A stretch of DNA of 64,000 nucleotides from Octopus vulgaris (Eukaryota). The notes under the pieces were generated by a model, which saw only the letters and a program-made list of their open reading frames with translations, did not search any database and was not told the origin of the DNA. The position numbers and the translations under genes were made by a program. Where the stretch lies: positions 20,212,001 to 20,276,000 of the forward strand of contig OX597836.1 in assembly GCA_951406725.2 (NCBI GenBank), given 5' to 3'. Shown here piece after piece: positions 38,283-51,678 of this stretch; the stretch's first letter is position 1; every line of letters starts with the position of its first letter.

Positions 38283-41200
38283 TGCATGTATGTATATACA
38301 TATGTGTGTGTCTCTCTCTCTCTCTATATATATATATGTACATGTGTATGTATATACATATGTATATATAAGAGGTAATGGTGTCATTGAGACCCAAAGG
38401 TGTCAGGTAATTCTGAGTAAGTGCTATAGACAGACTGTAGTTAAGTTCCATGTCTGGCCATAGAGAAATAATACCTTGCTTTGAAACAGGTGAAGGTTGG
38501 TGACGGGAAGGGCATCTGACAATAGAGAATCTCTTTAAACTAATTTCTTTTTTACCCCATGTAAGCATGGAAGTGTGGAAGTTAAAAGAATTATGGTGAT
38601 ATTAAAAATGATAATAATGTATTGAAATTACTTTTCTTCTAGGAATTGCTGATATTGCGTACGATTGGATTGGCAAAAACTGGTATTTTTCTCACAAAAA
38701 CCGTGGAACGATATTTCTATGTACTGAAAATGGTAAACTGTGCCAGATTATAAACCATATTGGTAAAGGGCGCAGAATACGATCGCTGATTCTAGATCCA
38801 ACTAAAGGGTAAGTGAATGACTCCAGATTGTTTCTGATCCGATTAGGGCATTGAAATTAACAAGTGAACCATTCTGTTGATATTGTGTGTGCTAATAGTT
38901 GTGGAGGGCTCAAGAACAGTGGTTAAAATTCTCTGATTATGGTAATTTACAGGATTGAGGCACACTACAGAACAAACTTGGTTTTAGCTTATTAAACTAT
39001 CTTGCTTTTCAATGCAAAATTAATTTTGTATTTAAATAAATATTGACAAACTTGGCCAAGAAATGTAAATGGGTAAAAAATGTTGGGACAAAGGTCTTTG
39101 ATTCTGTAGATTGATATGAAGTATTTTGTTAAGGTTATTTCTACAGATATTCTATAGAAGCTATTGTTAGCATTGATTTTTTGCTACAATGTTTTGTATC
39201 GAGAAGTCAGATGTAAACAAACAATGAGATCGAAGACTAAAATGGGTAATGAGTGTATATGCCATATTTCAGGGGTTTTTACCCCTTTATCAGCACCCAT
39301 CTAACCCATTCTCACTTCCAAATGCATTGTTTGTATAGCTACCACATACAGTGGTGTTAAGTTACTGGATATACCGATTTACGATTTACGTATTAGACAC
39401 ATTCCTGGGACTGGTATGCAAGTAAACATTAATGACTTGTAGGTACGTGATACTTCATTATGCAACTATAATATACTACAAAGTATACTGAATGTTTTTA
39501 TATAAGTCAGTACCATGTTCTACTACGTCAGCAGTGCTTCTGACATTATTTTTTCCAGGTTATTTCTACAGATAGCCAGAATAATGTAAGAAACACTGCT
39601 AGTGCAAGTAGAACGTTGTTCTGACTTATAAAAACGTTTAGTATACTGTATAGTATATTATGCTTGCATAGCGAAGTGCCACGTACCTACAAATCATTAA
39701 TGATATGAAATAGATTTTAACCTTTTAACTGCAGGATTAAATTTCAAGGTTATTCCAGTAATGATGTTTAAATATCTATCAATAGATAGAATTGGTGCTT
39801 GTTACAGGCCACCAGCATAGGAGCCAGTCAGGCATCACTGACAATGACCATGCTCAAATGGTGCTTTTTACATGCCACCGGCATAGGAGCCAGTCAGGCA
39901 GCACTGGCAGCAACCATGCTTGAATGGTACTTTTTACATGCCACTGGCATGGGTGCCAGTCAGCTGGTGCTGGCATCGGCCACAACAATGACTTCACTTG
40001 ACTCAACAGGTCTTCGCAAGCACAGCTTATTGCCCAATTATTGAAGGGTACTCTTAAATGGGCCAGTTATGCTGCACTGGCTTCAGCCATGGTTATGATC
40101 TCACTTGGCTTGCCAGGTTTTCTCAAGCACAGTACACATCTCCAAAGGTCTTGATCGCTTGTCATCGTCTCTGTGAAGCCCAACATTTGAAGATCGTACT
40201 TCACCACCTCATCCCAAGTCTTCCTGGGTCTACCTCTTCCATAGGTTCCCTTAACTGCTAAGGTGTGACACTTTTTTACTCAGCTGTCCTCATCCGTATG
40301 CAACACATGACCATACCAGCTCAGTCGTGAAAAAACAATACCTCTATCAGGGTGGATAAACTCAAATGACCATCCATCAAACCACAAATTGAACAGGGAT
40401 TCCTTCATCAGTTTTGATTCAAGCATTGCTGATTCTCTTGACAACTCCTTCACTCACCTCTCTCTCTCTTTCTCCCTCTGTCCCTCCCTGTCTCACACAC
40501 ACATATACATGTTTGACAACCAGTGTTGGTTTGTTTATGTTCTTGTAACAGCAATTTGGCAAAAGAGACTGATAGAGTAAGTACTAGGCTTTAAATAACA
40601 AAAAAAAAAAAGCACTGGGGTCAATTTGTTTAACTAAACCCTTCAAGGTCTGCCCCAGCATAGCCACAGTCCAGGGACTAAAACTAATGAAATATTGTGC
40701 TGACCAAATGAATGTGCTGCTGTATTCTGTAGTAATGTCTACAGATATATTTCTATAAAAATTCATCTTCATGTTTTCTTCTCTTCTACAGCTTTCTGTT
40801 TTATGCTGATACCATTTCACATGTGATCTCTCGAATGACACTTGAAGGTAAAGATCTGAAGTCTTTGGTACACAAGAAGACCTTTTATCCAACTGGACTG
40901 GCACTTGACTTTGCAAACGAGCATGTCTATTGGTCAGACACGTTTTACGAAAGTTTGGAACGGGTCTCGTATAATGGAGACGATCGTAGTATTGTCTTTC
41001 ACGGCATTCAGGTAAGTTTATTGGTTTGATTTCTTTCGTTTCTAATTTTTACCTTTGGTTGATAAGCTGACAGAATCATTTGCATGCTGGCCAAAATGCT
41101 TAGTGGCATTTCGTCTGTCTTTATGTTCTGAGTTCAAATTCTGCTGTGGCCAACTTAGCCTTTCATCCTTTCGGTGTCAATGAAGCACGTACCAGTCAAG

Positions 41201-42412
41201 TACAGGTGGTCGATGTAATCAACTTAACTCCTTCCTTGAACTTGTTGACTTTGTGCCAGAATTTGAACCCAATTTTACCTCAGTTGATGCTCTTACTTCT
41301 GCTACTGCTATCTGTATTTCTATTGTCACCATCACCACTACTGTTGTTTGCTTCTACTACTACTTCTACTACTATTACATCTATCTTAGTTAATCTCAGA
41401 TTCATTTATTACTGACCTGAGATAATATGGTATACTCAATTTTTTTTTTTCCATCTTTGATCTCATTGTATGCAGTAGACGTATTTAGATATGAAACAGC
41501 ACAAGAAATATGTACTGGTTATAATTTCTAAAGAAAATCTGTAGTGATAATCTTAAAATGTGCTTCAAAATTGATCATCTGGTTTAGCAGCTAAGCAAGC
41601 CAAGGTGAAATTTGAACTCAGAATATAAAGAGCCAGAACAAATACTACAAACCATCTGGTTCGAGAAGCTTACAATTCTGCTAATTTTACTACTTATATC
41701 CATTAATTCTGTACATTTCACATGCTCTCTGTCATACAGATCTAATAAAAATTATTTTTGCATGCATATATGTATGTGTCTGTGTATATTTATATATATA
41801 CATACATACATATACATACAAACACACACACACATATATATATATAGAGAGAGAGAGAGACAGACAGACATACAGAGGTATACATATATAGGTATATACA
41901 GGGTGTGATGAGTAAATTTTCGCCATTTTATATTTTTGATTTTGTCGACTACACAGTATAGTAGGGTCAGTTGGGCACCGTCTGTGAGAAAAACAGCACC
42001 ATGATGCAATTCACACTGTCAGAAATTTGGAAAAGATGTGCTGTACTGCTTGGTATTTGCATTGGAAGCTCCAATACGAACATTTCGGAGTGTTTTGTGC
42101 TTTCATCGACAACATAATTGCAACCTACTGCAGCATGCCTTTTACCTTCCCAGAACATTACAAGTTAGAATAAACATAAAATGATGTTTTATGGAGTGTC
42201 TATTTACTTCTGCTATGTCTGTGTATGTATGTGTGTGTATGTATATATATAGTAGGTACTGTAAATTTAGAGTGAATACTTGATAAGTGTAAGCACCTGT
42301 ATATGCCAGATAGTGGCAGGGGTGAGAGGATATATCAAATGTAAATTAAAAACAGGACACAAAGAATCCTTTGTGTTCTGTTTTTAATTTACATTTGATA
42401 TATAATATATAT

Positions 42413-42451
<39 letters not shown>

Positions 42452-45400
42452 TATCCAGGTTTTTACAGCTGGATATCCTTCCAAATGCTAACCACTTTGC
42501 AATGTGGACAGGATGCTTTTTACGAGAGGGGAAGGGGGCATTGGAGGAGGTCATCTTGTGTCAGATGAGGAAAGGCTAGAGTGTGACTGAGAGGCAGAAA
42601 CAGGTGTCTTGTTATAGAGGAGGTACATGGTTACCTCTCCAGAGAGAGAGAGGTTATGTGACACACACAGGCTGTGGTGAATAAACTGTCATATCAATTA
42701 TGCAGAAATGAATGAAAAGGTTGCAAGACGCAACGAAAATTTTAGAAAAAAAAAAAAAAGAAAGAAGTGGAAATTTTACCAGTGAGTGTGTTAAATTATA
42801 AGGCACCAAAAGAGAATGACTCTCCCCAGACACAACAGAAAATAACACTGACATCTCATTATAACAGATATATTTGCCAAAATAACATAAAAATATCTTG
42901 AAATACTGAAGAGTAATTGGTTCAATGTCAGTGCACCAATTATTGGGGGAAAATTTACCTTTACAGTTGGATGCCCTCTGTTACTTTCTCAACTATGAAT
43001 TAAGATTGTTATTGTATAACAAGTTTTTCTGTGTGCAGGTGTGTGCACAATAGGTTTGTTTGTGTATCTCTACTGGAGGGTGAAAGGCAACAGTGACCTT
43101 TAACTAATAACCTTTACATTCTGATAATTATTTAATATGGGACTATATTTATATCATCATCATCATCATCGTTTAACGTCCTTCTCCATGCTAGCATGGG
43201 TTGGACGGTTCGACCGGGGATCTGGGAAGCCAGAAGGCTGCACCAGGCTCTAGTCTAATCTGGCAGTGTTTCTACAGCTGGATGCCCTTCCTAACGCCAA
43301 CCACTCCGTGAGTGTAGTGGGTGCTTTTTACGTGCCACCGGCACAGGTGCCAGGCGTGGCTGGCAACGGCCATGATTGGATTGGTGCTTTTTACGTGCCA
43401 CCGGCACAGGGATCACTACTACAATTTCCATTGAGTTTTGATATATAGATATATACATATATCATCATTGTTTAATGTCTGCCTTCCATGCTGGCTTGGG
43501 TTGGACAGTTTGACAGGAACCAGCCAGGCAGAAGACTACATCAGTCTACTGTCTGGTTTGGCATGGTTTTTCTGGTTGTAATCCCTTCCTGACACCAATG
43601 ATCCACTAGAGTGGACTGAGTGCTTTTGATGTGGCATTAGCACAGGTGAGGTCAGTTTTGGCAAGGTTTTTACAGCTGGATATCCTTCCAAATGCTAACC
43701 ACTTTGCAATGTGGACAGGATGCTTTTTATGAGAGGGGAAGGGGGCATTGGAGGAGGTTATCTTGTGTCGGATGAGGAAAGGCTAGAGTGTGACTGAGAG
43801 GCAGAAACAGGTGTCTTGCTATAGAGGAGGTACATGGTTACCTCTTCAGAGAGAGAGAGAGGTTACGTGACAGGACTGAAATAGGTCTACTGCTGTAAAG
43901 GAGATACTTGGTTAACTAGCCAGAGGGAAGAGCAAAAGAAGGAAAGATAGAGAGTCACCAAGAATGACGGCAGAAACAGGTGTGCAGAGAGAAGAGCAAG
44001 GAAAAGACAGAGAGAGAGAGCAAGAGAGGGCAGGAGAGAGATGGTGGTGAAGTGCCAGGGTATACTCATAGGGAACAGGGATCAGAGCATAGATGGGATG
44101 GTAGAGTAAGGAAGAGAGAGATATATTAATGTTCGTTTTTATGTTTAGCTGTAATAAAACCAATTTGACATTAGTCTGATGGGTTACTCTGTACTTTTGT
44201 AGAGTACAAATTTATTATTAACAAGTAATATTTGTAGTCACTTTAACATGGCTGTCCATTTGAGTGGATTCTACTGTGACTTTTTAACCCCAAGAGGACA
44301 TCTCCTCTAGCTGGTTAACAATGCACAGCTGCACTAGTACTTGGGATCACCAAGTAACATACATGCCGGACAAGGCTCCTTCACAGAATGGGCAGGAGTC
44401 AGTATTAAGGGAGATGAGTGTAGAGGGGCTAAATTAGGAAAGAAGGATGAGAACAGGTGGGCATCTTACTGAAGAGGAGATACATGGGTACCTCAGGAGG
44501 AGGGGTGCTCTCAACATACAAGAAGGTGTATAGAGAGGGAATACAAAAACAAATTAAATATACAACTAGAAATAATTAATTAAAAAGAGAATAAAAACCA
44601 TATTAGTCATTGACTGATGTTATTTTAAAGGGTTCCTGAACAGCATTTGTGACAACTAATATACTTCAGTGTTATTAGACCTCTTTAGCCAAGCATAGCC
44701 TTTACTGTTCGTGTTCATGTAAGTGAATGTACAAGACTGTACACTTGTTGGTGGAAAAGAAATATATATATTTCTGAGAAAGAAATCTTCTTGATTCTTA
44801 CTGAAGTCAATGTTGCTGTTTATTCTTCTGGAGCAGAGCTGGATCAAGATTTTATAGGCTTCTGTACTGCAAATACTATGAAACCCTCTCTGTGATATTT
44901 TTAGTAACTTGTCCCTAAATCTCTGGAGCCACCACACCCCACCTGCTCCATAAGTAGAGGGCCTTTAGCTGCACACATTTAAAAGTTGATGTTACATTAA
45001 TTTTATTGTTTTTGTTTGAAATAATTTGTTTTACTATTTTCATATCTCTGTGTCTTGGTGTCTTGTAATGGTTTTTCTTAATCTTCAGGTGAAGCATGTC
45101 TATGGAATATCCCTCCTGGAAAATTCTATATACCTAGCATACCATTACTTTGGCACCATCAACAAGTTTGACAGATTTGACCACACTTCCAAACCAGTAA
45201 CAATAAAGAATTTTTTGACAAACCCAACTTCCATCCATGTCTACCACCGACAAAGGCAGCCTGACTTGGAGAGAGGTAAATATTTATCACATCTTAAGAA
45301 AAAAAAAGGTAGAAACAAGGATATTAAACCCAGGTATTTCCTTGCTTTGATCCAATGGTAAAATGCCTGTCACATTTACAGCAAATGTCCAACCCATGCC

Positions 45401-47918
45401 AGCATGAAAAACAGACATTAAATGATGATTATGATTGGGTCATGTCCCAGGATTCATATCCCAGGATTCATATCCCAGGATTCATATCCCAGGATTCATA
45501 TCCCATGGACAGCCTTCAACTCATCCTCTCTGAAGGGTTTTTTAATCCAGTATTTACACACTATTATTTATAGTTTTATCTGTTTCGAGATTCGCCACTC
45601 CAAAAAAGAATTATTTCATCTTTGCATTCTGTGTTCAAATTCCACTGATGTTGACTTTGCCTTTCAACTTTTTGGGTTTGATTAAACAAGTACCAGTTGA
45701 GTACTGGGGTTGATGTAATCAACTTACCCTGCCCCCATTTTCACCTACCCACTTACTCTGCCCATGTTTTTTTTGCTATAGACATTGTCCAAGTTGGACA
45801 TTATCTTGATCACAGTCACCACCTGAGAAATACCTACAAATGTGATGGCGCCTGCCTCCTGACAAATTTCTATGAAATTTGTTCTTCATGTCTCTGAAAA
45901 TAACTGGCTTTATGCCAATATTGGTGTAAAAGTCATGGTTACAGTGAGTGTATGTAATAGAAAAATCAGGACCTGGTTGGGCTCTTGCTTTCTATGCAAC
46001 CCTCCTTTCTTAGGTTTCTCTGGTCATTTCTGATTCTCAGTGTTGTACTCCAGAGTACACAATACATAACCACAGTGAACGGTCTTGAGCAAGATGTTCC
46101 CAGTACACTGCTCCAAGTTACAAGGTTATTTTGAGAGTGTTTTTGTTTCCCCTTCTTTGGTCTGCCACTTGACCAAGAGCCAACAGTTAGTTCACCAATG
46201 TCAAAGATCCTTCACCACTGGTAAGACTTTGTACTGGAATAGCTTTATTCAATCCATGCAGGCAGGCAGAAAAGAAAAACAAGTGTATGAAGTTATTGAT
46301 TATGGTCATGACCTATAAAACTTTAAAGTTTATTAATCTTCTTTCTTTCTCTTTTTAACAGTAGCTGACCCCGACTGTGAACAAATAATGGTTTCTATAC
46401 CAACTAAAGCGAAAGCTAAGTTAAAATGTATGTGCCAGTCAGGATATGTGATTACCAATGGAACCAAATGCACAAGTAAGTCTGCTATTGTCTTTTACTT
46501 AGCCAAATGTTAGGTAAACATGTAAAGAATTTCCTATTAGCACATGGAACATGTGTAATGGTGAATAAATAATACCAAAAAATTTCCTGTTTTGTTATAT
46601 ATGACATTACACATGTGCATCTCCTTATATTCTGTAACTTAGCAGTGTGACAAACAGTATGATAAAACAGTGACAGATTACTTAACCCTTTAGCATTCAG
46701 GTGACCCTGCCAAATATGTTTTGCATTAATCATGCTTTATATTGTAGTTTTGCGATTTGGATGATGTGATTGTTTATTTTTAGAATGACCTGGCCTCTTT
46801 GAACATAAAACAGATAGAATATGGCCAGTTTAAATGCTAAAGGGTTAAAAATAAACCCTTAAAGAGGTGCCTTGGTGAAGCCTGAAACCAGTAAAAAAAT
46901 ATATTTTAACTCACCAAAATATCATAATATTTGTACCTAAAAATCTGTAATATATTGTAACTCTTTATCTTTTTTCTGCCTATGGTTATAATGCTACCCA
47001 CCCTCAGTTTCAACCCTGGGGTTTTTTAATAAATTCCTTGCAATATACACAAGTAAATATTGTATATTCTTTAACATATTATTCCTCTCTTCCTGATAGA
47101 TCATCCCAATTGTCTTACATTAATTGTTATATTAACAGTAAAGTATAAGGGTGCACATTTTTCAGAATTAGACTGAGCTGAAGTAAATCAAATTTTTTTT
47201 TTTTTGTAGTTTTTTAGCTGCTGAAAATTGTTTGAAAAATTTATTCTGATTTTATTTGTTTTGAAAAAACAAAATGTTGTGTCAAATGCATAAGATTAGC
47301 TCTTAGTTCTTTAATAGCATATAAGGCAACCATTTTTCCTCACAAAAAAATGTTACCAAAAATTACCTCAGATCTTATATGTGAAGTAGGGGCTTCCACA
47401 AAGCTCATGATGCACTAAAAAGATTTCTTTTTTTTTGCCAGTTGTGGATTAAATAACATGTAACCACTCAAGCCAGGGTTTGTTGAAATACACATCCATG
47501 TCTCTTTTATGCCATCGAATATGGTAATTTGGTCTTTTTAGTGCGGAATAATTAACATGATTAAAATTTTTATTTACTCTAGAAATTAATGAAACTGAAT
47601 TCCTGTTGTATACAAATGCTGAAGAAGGAACAATTGTTGGGGCATCGATGCAACCAAATTTTAAGAATGACATGATGAAACCAGTCCAAGGTTTATTACG
47701 ACCTGCAGCTATTGCCTTTGATTCCCAGTCAGGCCATATTTTCTACTCCGACATTGCACGGCGACAGATTGGTCGATATGATGTACATAATGAAACACTT
47801 ATAGAAAATTTTGTCAATGTTACACATGGTATGTTACCAATTTTGAAAGTTTTTATGTTGTTTAAATACAAGTTATGTTAAAAGTAAACACATCAAAACT
47901 TTTGACATTTTATTTATA

Positions 47919-47949
<31 letters not shown>

Positions 47950-50900
47950 TATTATTATTATTATATAAGGCAGCGAGCTGGCAGAATCGTTAGCATGCTA
48001 GATGAAATGCTTAGCGGTATTTTGCCTGCGTTACGTTGTGAGTTCAAATTCCACTGAGGTCGACTTTGCCTTTCATCCTTTCAGGGTCGATAAATTAAGT
48101 ACCAGTGACGCACTGGGGATCGATGTAATCGACTTAATACCTATGTCTGTCCTTGTTTGTCCCCTCTGCGTTTAGCCCCTTGTGGGTAATAAAGAAATAG
48201 GTATTTTGCCTGTCACTACATTTTAAGTTCAAATTCCACCACGATCAACTTTGCTTTCATCCTTTTGGGGGGGTCGATAAATAAAGTAGCAGTGAAGTAC
48301 TGGGGTCAATGTAATCAACTAGTCCCCTCCCAACAAATTTTGAGGCCTTGTACCTATAGTAGAAAGGATTGTTATATAAGGCAGTGAGCTCAACTGGTAC
48401 TTATTTAATCAACCTCCAAAAGGATGATATGCAAAGCCATCCCTGGTGGAGTTTGAATTCAGAACATAAAGACGGACAAAATGCCCGGCATGCTAACAAT
48501 TCTGCCAGCTCACCGCTTTATCACATTGGACAAAATATTCAGTGTTATTTCTTCTGACCCATTATGTTTTGAGTTGAAATCCTTCTAATGTCAACTTCGC
48601 TTTTAATCCTCGACTGGCTTCCGTGCAGGTGGCACGTAAAATGCACCAATCCGACTGTGGCCAATGCCAGCCTCGCCTGGCACCAGTGCAGGTGGCATGT
48701 AAAAAGCACCCACTACACTCATGGAGTGGTTGGCGTTAGGAAGGGCATCCAGCTGTAGAAACATTGCCAGATAAGACTGCAGCCTTCTGGCTTCCCAGAT
48801 CCCTGGTCAAACCGTCCAACCCATGCTAGCATGGAGGACGGACGTTAAACGATGATGATGATGATGATAAGGTCAGTAAAATAAGAGTACCTGTCAAATA
48901 CTGGGATCAAAGGGCAAGTTATATAATAGATATGTAATTAAATATATGTAACTTTTTCTGAATGCTGAGTTCTTTTTTTTTTTTTATTTATTTATTTTCC
49001 TGTGTCTCTTAGGGACCATAACATGTGGCGGACTGGCTATAGACCCCCTTGGAAGAAATCTTTTCTGGACTGATCAACGTCTTCAGACAATCAATGTTCT
49101 CAATTTGGACCACAGAGAAAGCTGGAAAGTGATTTCTACTAACACGATACACCCGAAAGCTATTGTCGTGGATCCACTGGGAGGGTAACACCACCACCAC
49201 ATTCTTCTTGTTGTTGTTCTTCTTGTTCTTCTTTTTCTTTTCTTCTCTTCTTCTTCTTCTTCCTCTTTTCCTTCTTTTCCTTCTTCCTCCTTCAGGAGGA
49301 GGTGGGGATCAGAGGTTTTTCTTTATCAATAAGAATGTTATCACCCATTTATTTTCCACATTCCTGTTACTATTCTCTAAAATAATGAAGAACTTAGTTA
49401 GTATATTAGCTTCATCTAAATCAAGCTGGTGTTTGTAACATAAATGAGTATGAAATTTTGATGTAAGAAGTTTTAACTTTAATCATTTTAAAAGAAGTTA
49501 GTTCCATAGAACCAAGGGCAGTCTCATGTGAGTTAGTATTTAAGGGATTCATGTTTAATATCGCTGAAGGCAGGTATATTAGCAGTAATAGAGCATCAAA
49601 TAGAAAACTTTGATCTGAGTCTCTGCTCCTTGAGTTAAAAGGATAAAGGGGAAAACTAAACAACGTTAGTTTCCCCCCTTTATCCTTTCAAGGTTGGTAA
49701 AATAGAATATCACCAATCCTAGGCGGGTGAATTGGTGGAATTGTTAGAGAAGTGGATAGGATGCTTTGCAATAGCTGTTACCCCATTTCTTTTTATCGGG
49801 AGAAATGGGTGGAAAAGAATGGAGAGAAACAAACACTGACATTTATGTTAGGAGATGCAATCTCTCTATATATAAACGGCAAAATGTCTGTGTGTGTGTG
49901 TGTGTGTCCTTTATACAAATCCACAATTTTTCAGTTAGAGGGCTCGCACTTTCTACGGTCATTCAAAACTGTCCAAGGGTTGTCGTGCACATCTTTACAT
50001 TTCCCCAGTCACCCCGCAAAGCCATTAAAACATCAATAGAAGTGACTTTTTTTGTGAATTTTCTATCCAAAGCACAATCAAAATGCCCAAAACTTGATAC
50101 GCCAATTGAATGCCAGCTAGCTGTATGTGATTGGTCGGAGATTTGGACAGTACTTGCGTATATGTGTGCACGCATGCACACAGCTGTATATGCATGCACT
50201 AGCGTTGCTGGGTCATAGTGCAAGTCAATAGATAAAATGAGAAACCTAATTTTCCTTGTTTCAATCAGAAGATCTACCATCACTACCACTGTCACCATCG
50301 TCACCACACAAATTCATTTGCATGAAAATTCTGTGATAGTAATTCTTTGGATAAAAAAAATGTTTTATTCACTTTCATGAACTTTATTGTTACTGTTGTC
50401 ATTGACTTTTTCTTTGTTAACTAATTCACCTGATTAACTAATTCATTAATTACTGTTCATTACAGACACATTTACTGGACTAACTGGGTCTATTACCCTG
50501 TCAACTCGACTGCAACAGCGACAATCCAACGTGCTAAGATGGACGGATCTGATCAAGAAACTTTTGTATCGGGGAAGGAACTTTTCCCGACTGGTCTCTT
50601 TTTGGATTCTATAAATAAAGAACTTTATTGGGCAGATTCCTCCTTTAACAAGATTGAAAAAACTAGTTTAGTTGGAACTGTAGAGGTTTGTGGAAACAAT
50701 TTCTTTATTATTGCTGTGCTTCCCCCATCTCCATTGCTCTCTCTCATCCATCCTCTGTCTCTCTCTTCCCTTCATCCTCTCTATCTCCTCTTCTCATTCT
50801 CTCCTGGTCCACTTTTTCACTCTCTCTCTCTTCCCATGTCACTTCTACCTCTATCCTCCTTAATATCGTCATTTAACCCTTTAGCATTTAAACCGGCCAT

Positions 50901-51187
50901 ATCCGGCCAAAAGTATTCTGCCTGTTTTATGTTCAAACTGGCTAGATCTGGTCTCTCACACCAACCATACACTATCATTTTAAAAATTAACAGCTACCTT
51001 ATCAAAATCTCATAACTACAAGATAATGCATGATTTGTTGAAAACAGTGTGGATGGAAAAGCATTTTGGCAGAATAATGCGAACACTAAAGGGTTAAATA
51101 AAAGAAAAAACACATTTTCTTTTATTTTTTCAATATCTTTTGACTTGTTTGATAATATTTTTAGCAATACACACACACATACACAAA

Positions 51188-51229
<42 letters not shown>

Positions 51230-51607
51230 CAACACATAAGATCAAGAGACTCTTGGTATAGAAAACATTTAGTAGCACTCAAATTTGAACTTAGATTCCG
51301 ATGTCTTTATGAGGGACCAATTCTACCAGGTATAGAGTAGCTCTGAGATATGGAGGCAATTATGTGGATAAAAAAATCAAATATAACAGCTTGGATTTGA
51401 CATACAAAATATTTGCCTCTGTCTGTCTTTGTGTGTGTATGTGTGTGTGTGTATGAGAGAGAGAGTGAGTGGGGTAAGTTAGCTGACTTGTTAGTATGTT
51501 GTCTTATTCATTTTGGCTCTGCTCTATGTTCAAATGTTGCTGAGGTTAACTTTGTCCTTTATTTGTTCAGAGTTAATAAGTAAAGTATCAGTCTGAGTTA
51601 ATTCTTT

Positions 51608-51678
<71 letters not shown>

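Noticed and set aside
46855-46895. Possible decayed hammerhead (...GAAACCAGTA)
   Set aside because: The CUGANGA half is not recognisable.
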